A stretch of 9,958 bases of DNA, taken from positions 16,779,958-16,789,915 of the forward strand of contig CM119265.1 in NCBI GenBank assembly GCA_051294375.1. Reading direction: 5' to 3'. The stretch's first letter is position 1. Every line of letters starts with the position of its first letter. Below the pieces are notes generated by a model. It did not search any database, was not told the DNA's origin, and worked only from the letters and a program-made list of their open reading frames with translations. The position numbers and the translations under genes were made by a program. The DNA is from Paraspadella gotoi. Its lineage: Eukaryota; Animalia; Chaetognatha. Positions 9,615 to 9,958 of the stretch are shown here, piece by piece.

Positions 9615-9637
9615 TCTCCCATCTCTGCACCCCCCCC
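9615..9637 (-). promoter_or_regulatory. Candidate polypurine tract next to a possible LTR start
   Basis: The minus strand shows a T-rich tract followed by GGGGGGGG-TGCAGAGATGGGAGA-TGTGAGAG, with possible TG starts at 9629 or 9614. It cannot be confirmed because the matching part of copy A falls in the gap. Confidence 0.3.
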
Positions 9638-9958
9638 AAACGAAAACAACGAAAAACTCGTTGGAAGTGACTACGATTTTGGGGGCGGTGATTTTGGGTC
9701 ATTCACCCTTCCCGAGCCGCGTGGGCTCGGCCGCTTTCATGGGCTTTTGATCGATGGAGAGGGGGTTAATTGAGGAATCGGGGATGCGGTTCCATCTGCC
9801 CTCGGATGGGCGACGCGAGGTCCTGACCCAAATTTCGCTTCATTTCCCGCAGTTTTTGATTCATTTTCGCGTCATTTTCTTTTGTTTTTTTGATATCATT
9901 CCGACTTCATAGGCGAAGGTTATGTTTTTCTCATTAATCATTAATCGTAGATTCGGTC

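Overview
Eukaryotic-looking DNA, probably from a poorly polished long-read assembly, with a 25-N scaffold gap at 1648-1672. Most of the window is a Ty3/gypsy-like LTR retrotransposon on the minus strand. The ORF track misses it because small indels break the reading frame. Hand translation across the frameshifts recovers, in minus-strand order: a retropepsin-like aspartic protease (LDSG at 3648-3659, D-L-E-I-G at about 3406-3420), then an LTR-type reverse transcriptase core (FLIKK, R-x-x-C-x-LRTVN, DI..CFHQV, LPMG, YVD[D], LGFSISK at about 2290-1690) that is cut off by the gap. RNase H and integrase are not visible. The internal region lies between two long direct repeats (1-1647 and 6866-8717) that are best read as parts of very long LTRs. 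A tRNA-Phe-like PBS candidate (5632-5648) and a PPT-like tract (9615-9637) suggest an LTR of about 4 kb, possibly shared between head-to-tail elements. Unusual points are a possible second protease-like domain where gag is expected, an AT-rich splice-signal-bearing spacer between PR and RT, and a consensus splice donor in the leader. No host gene, RNA gene or CRISPR array is supported.
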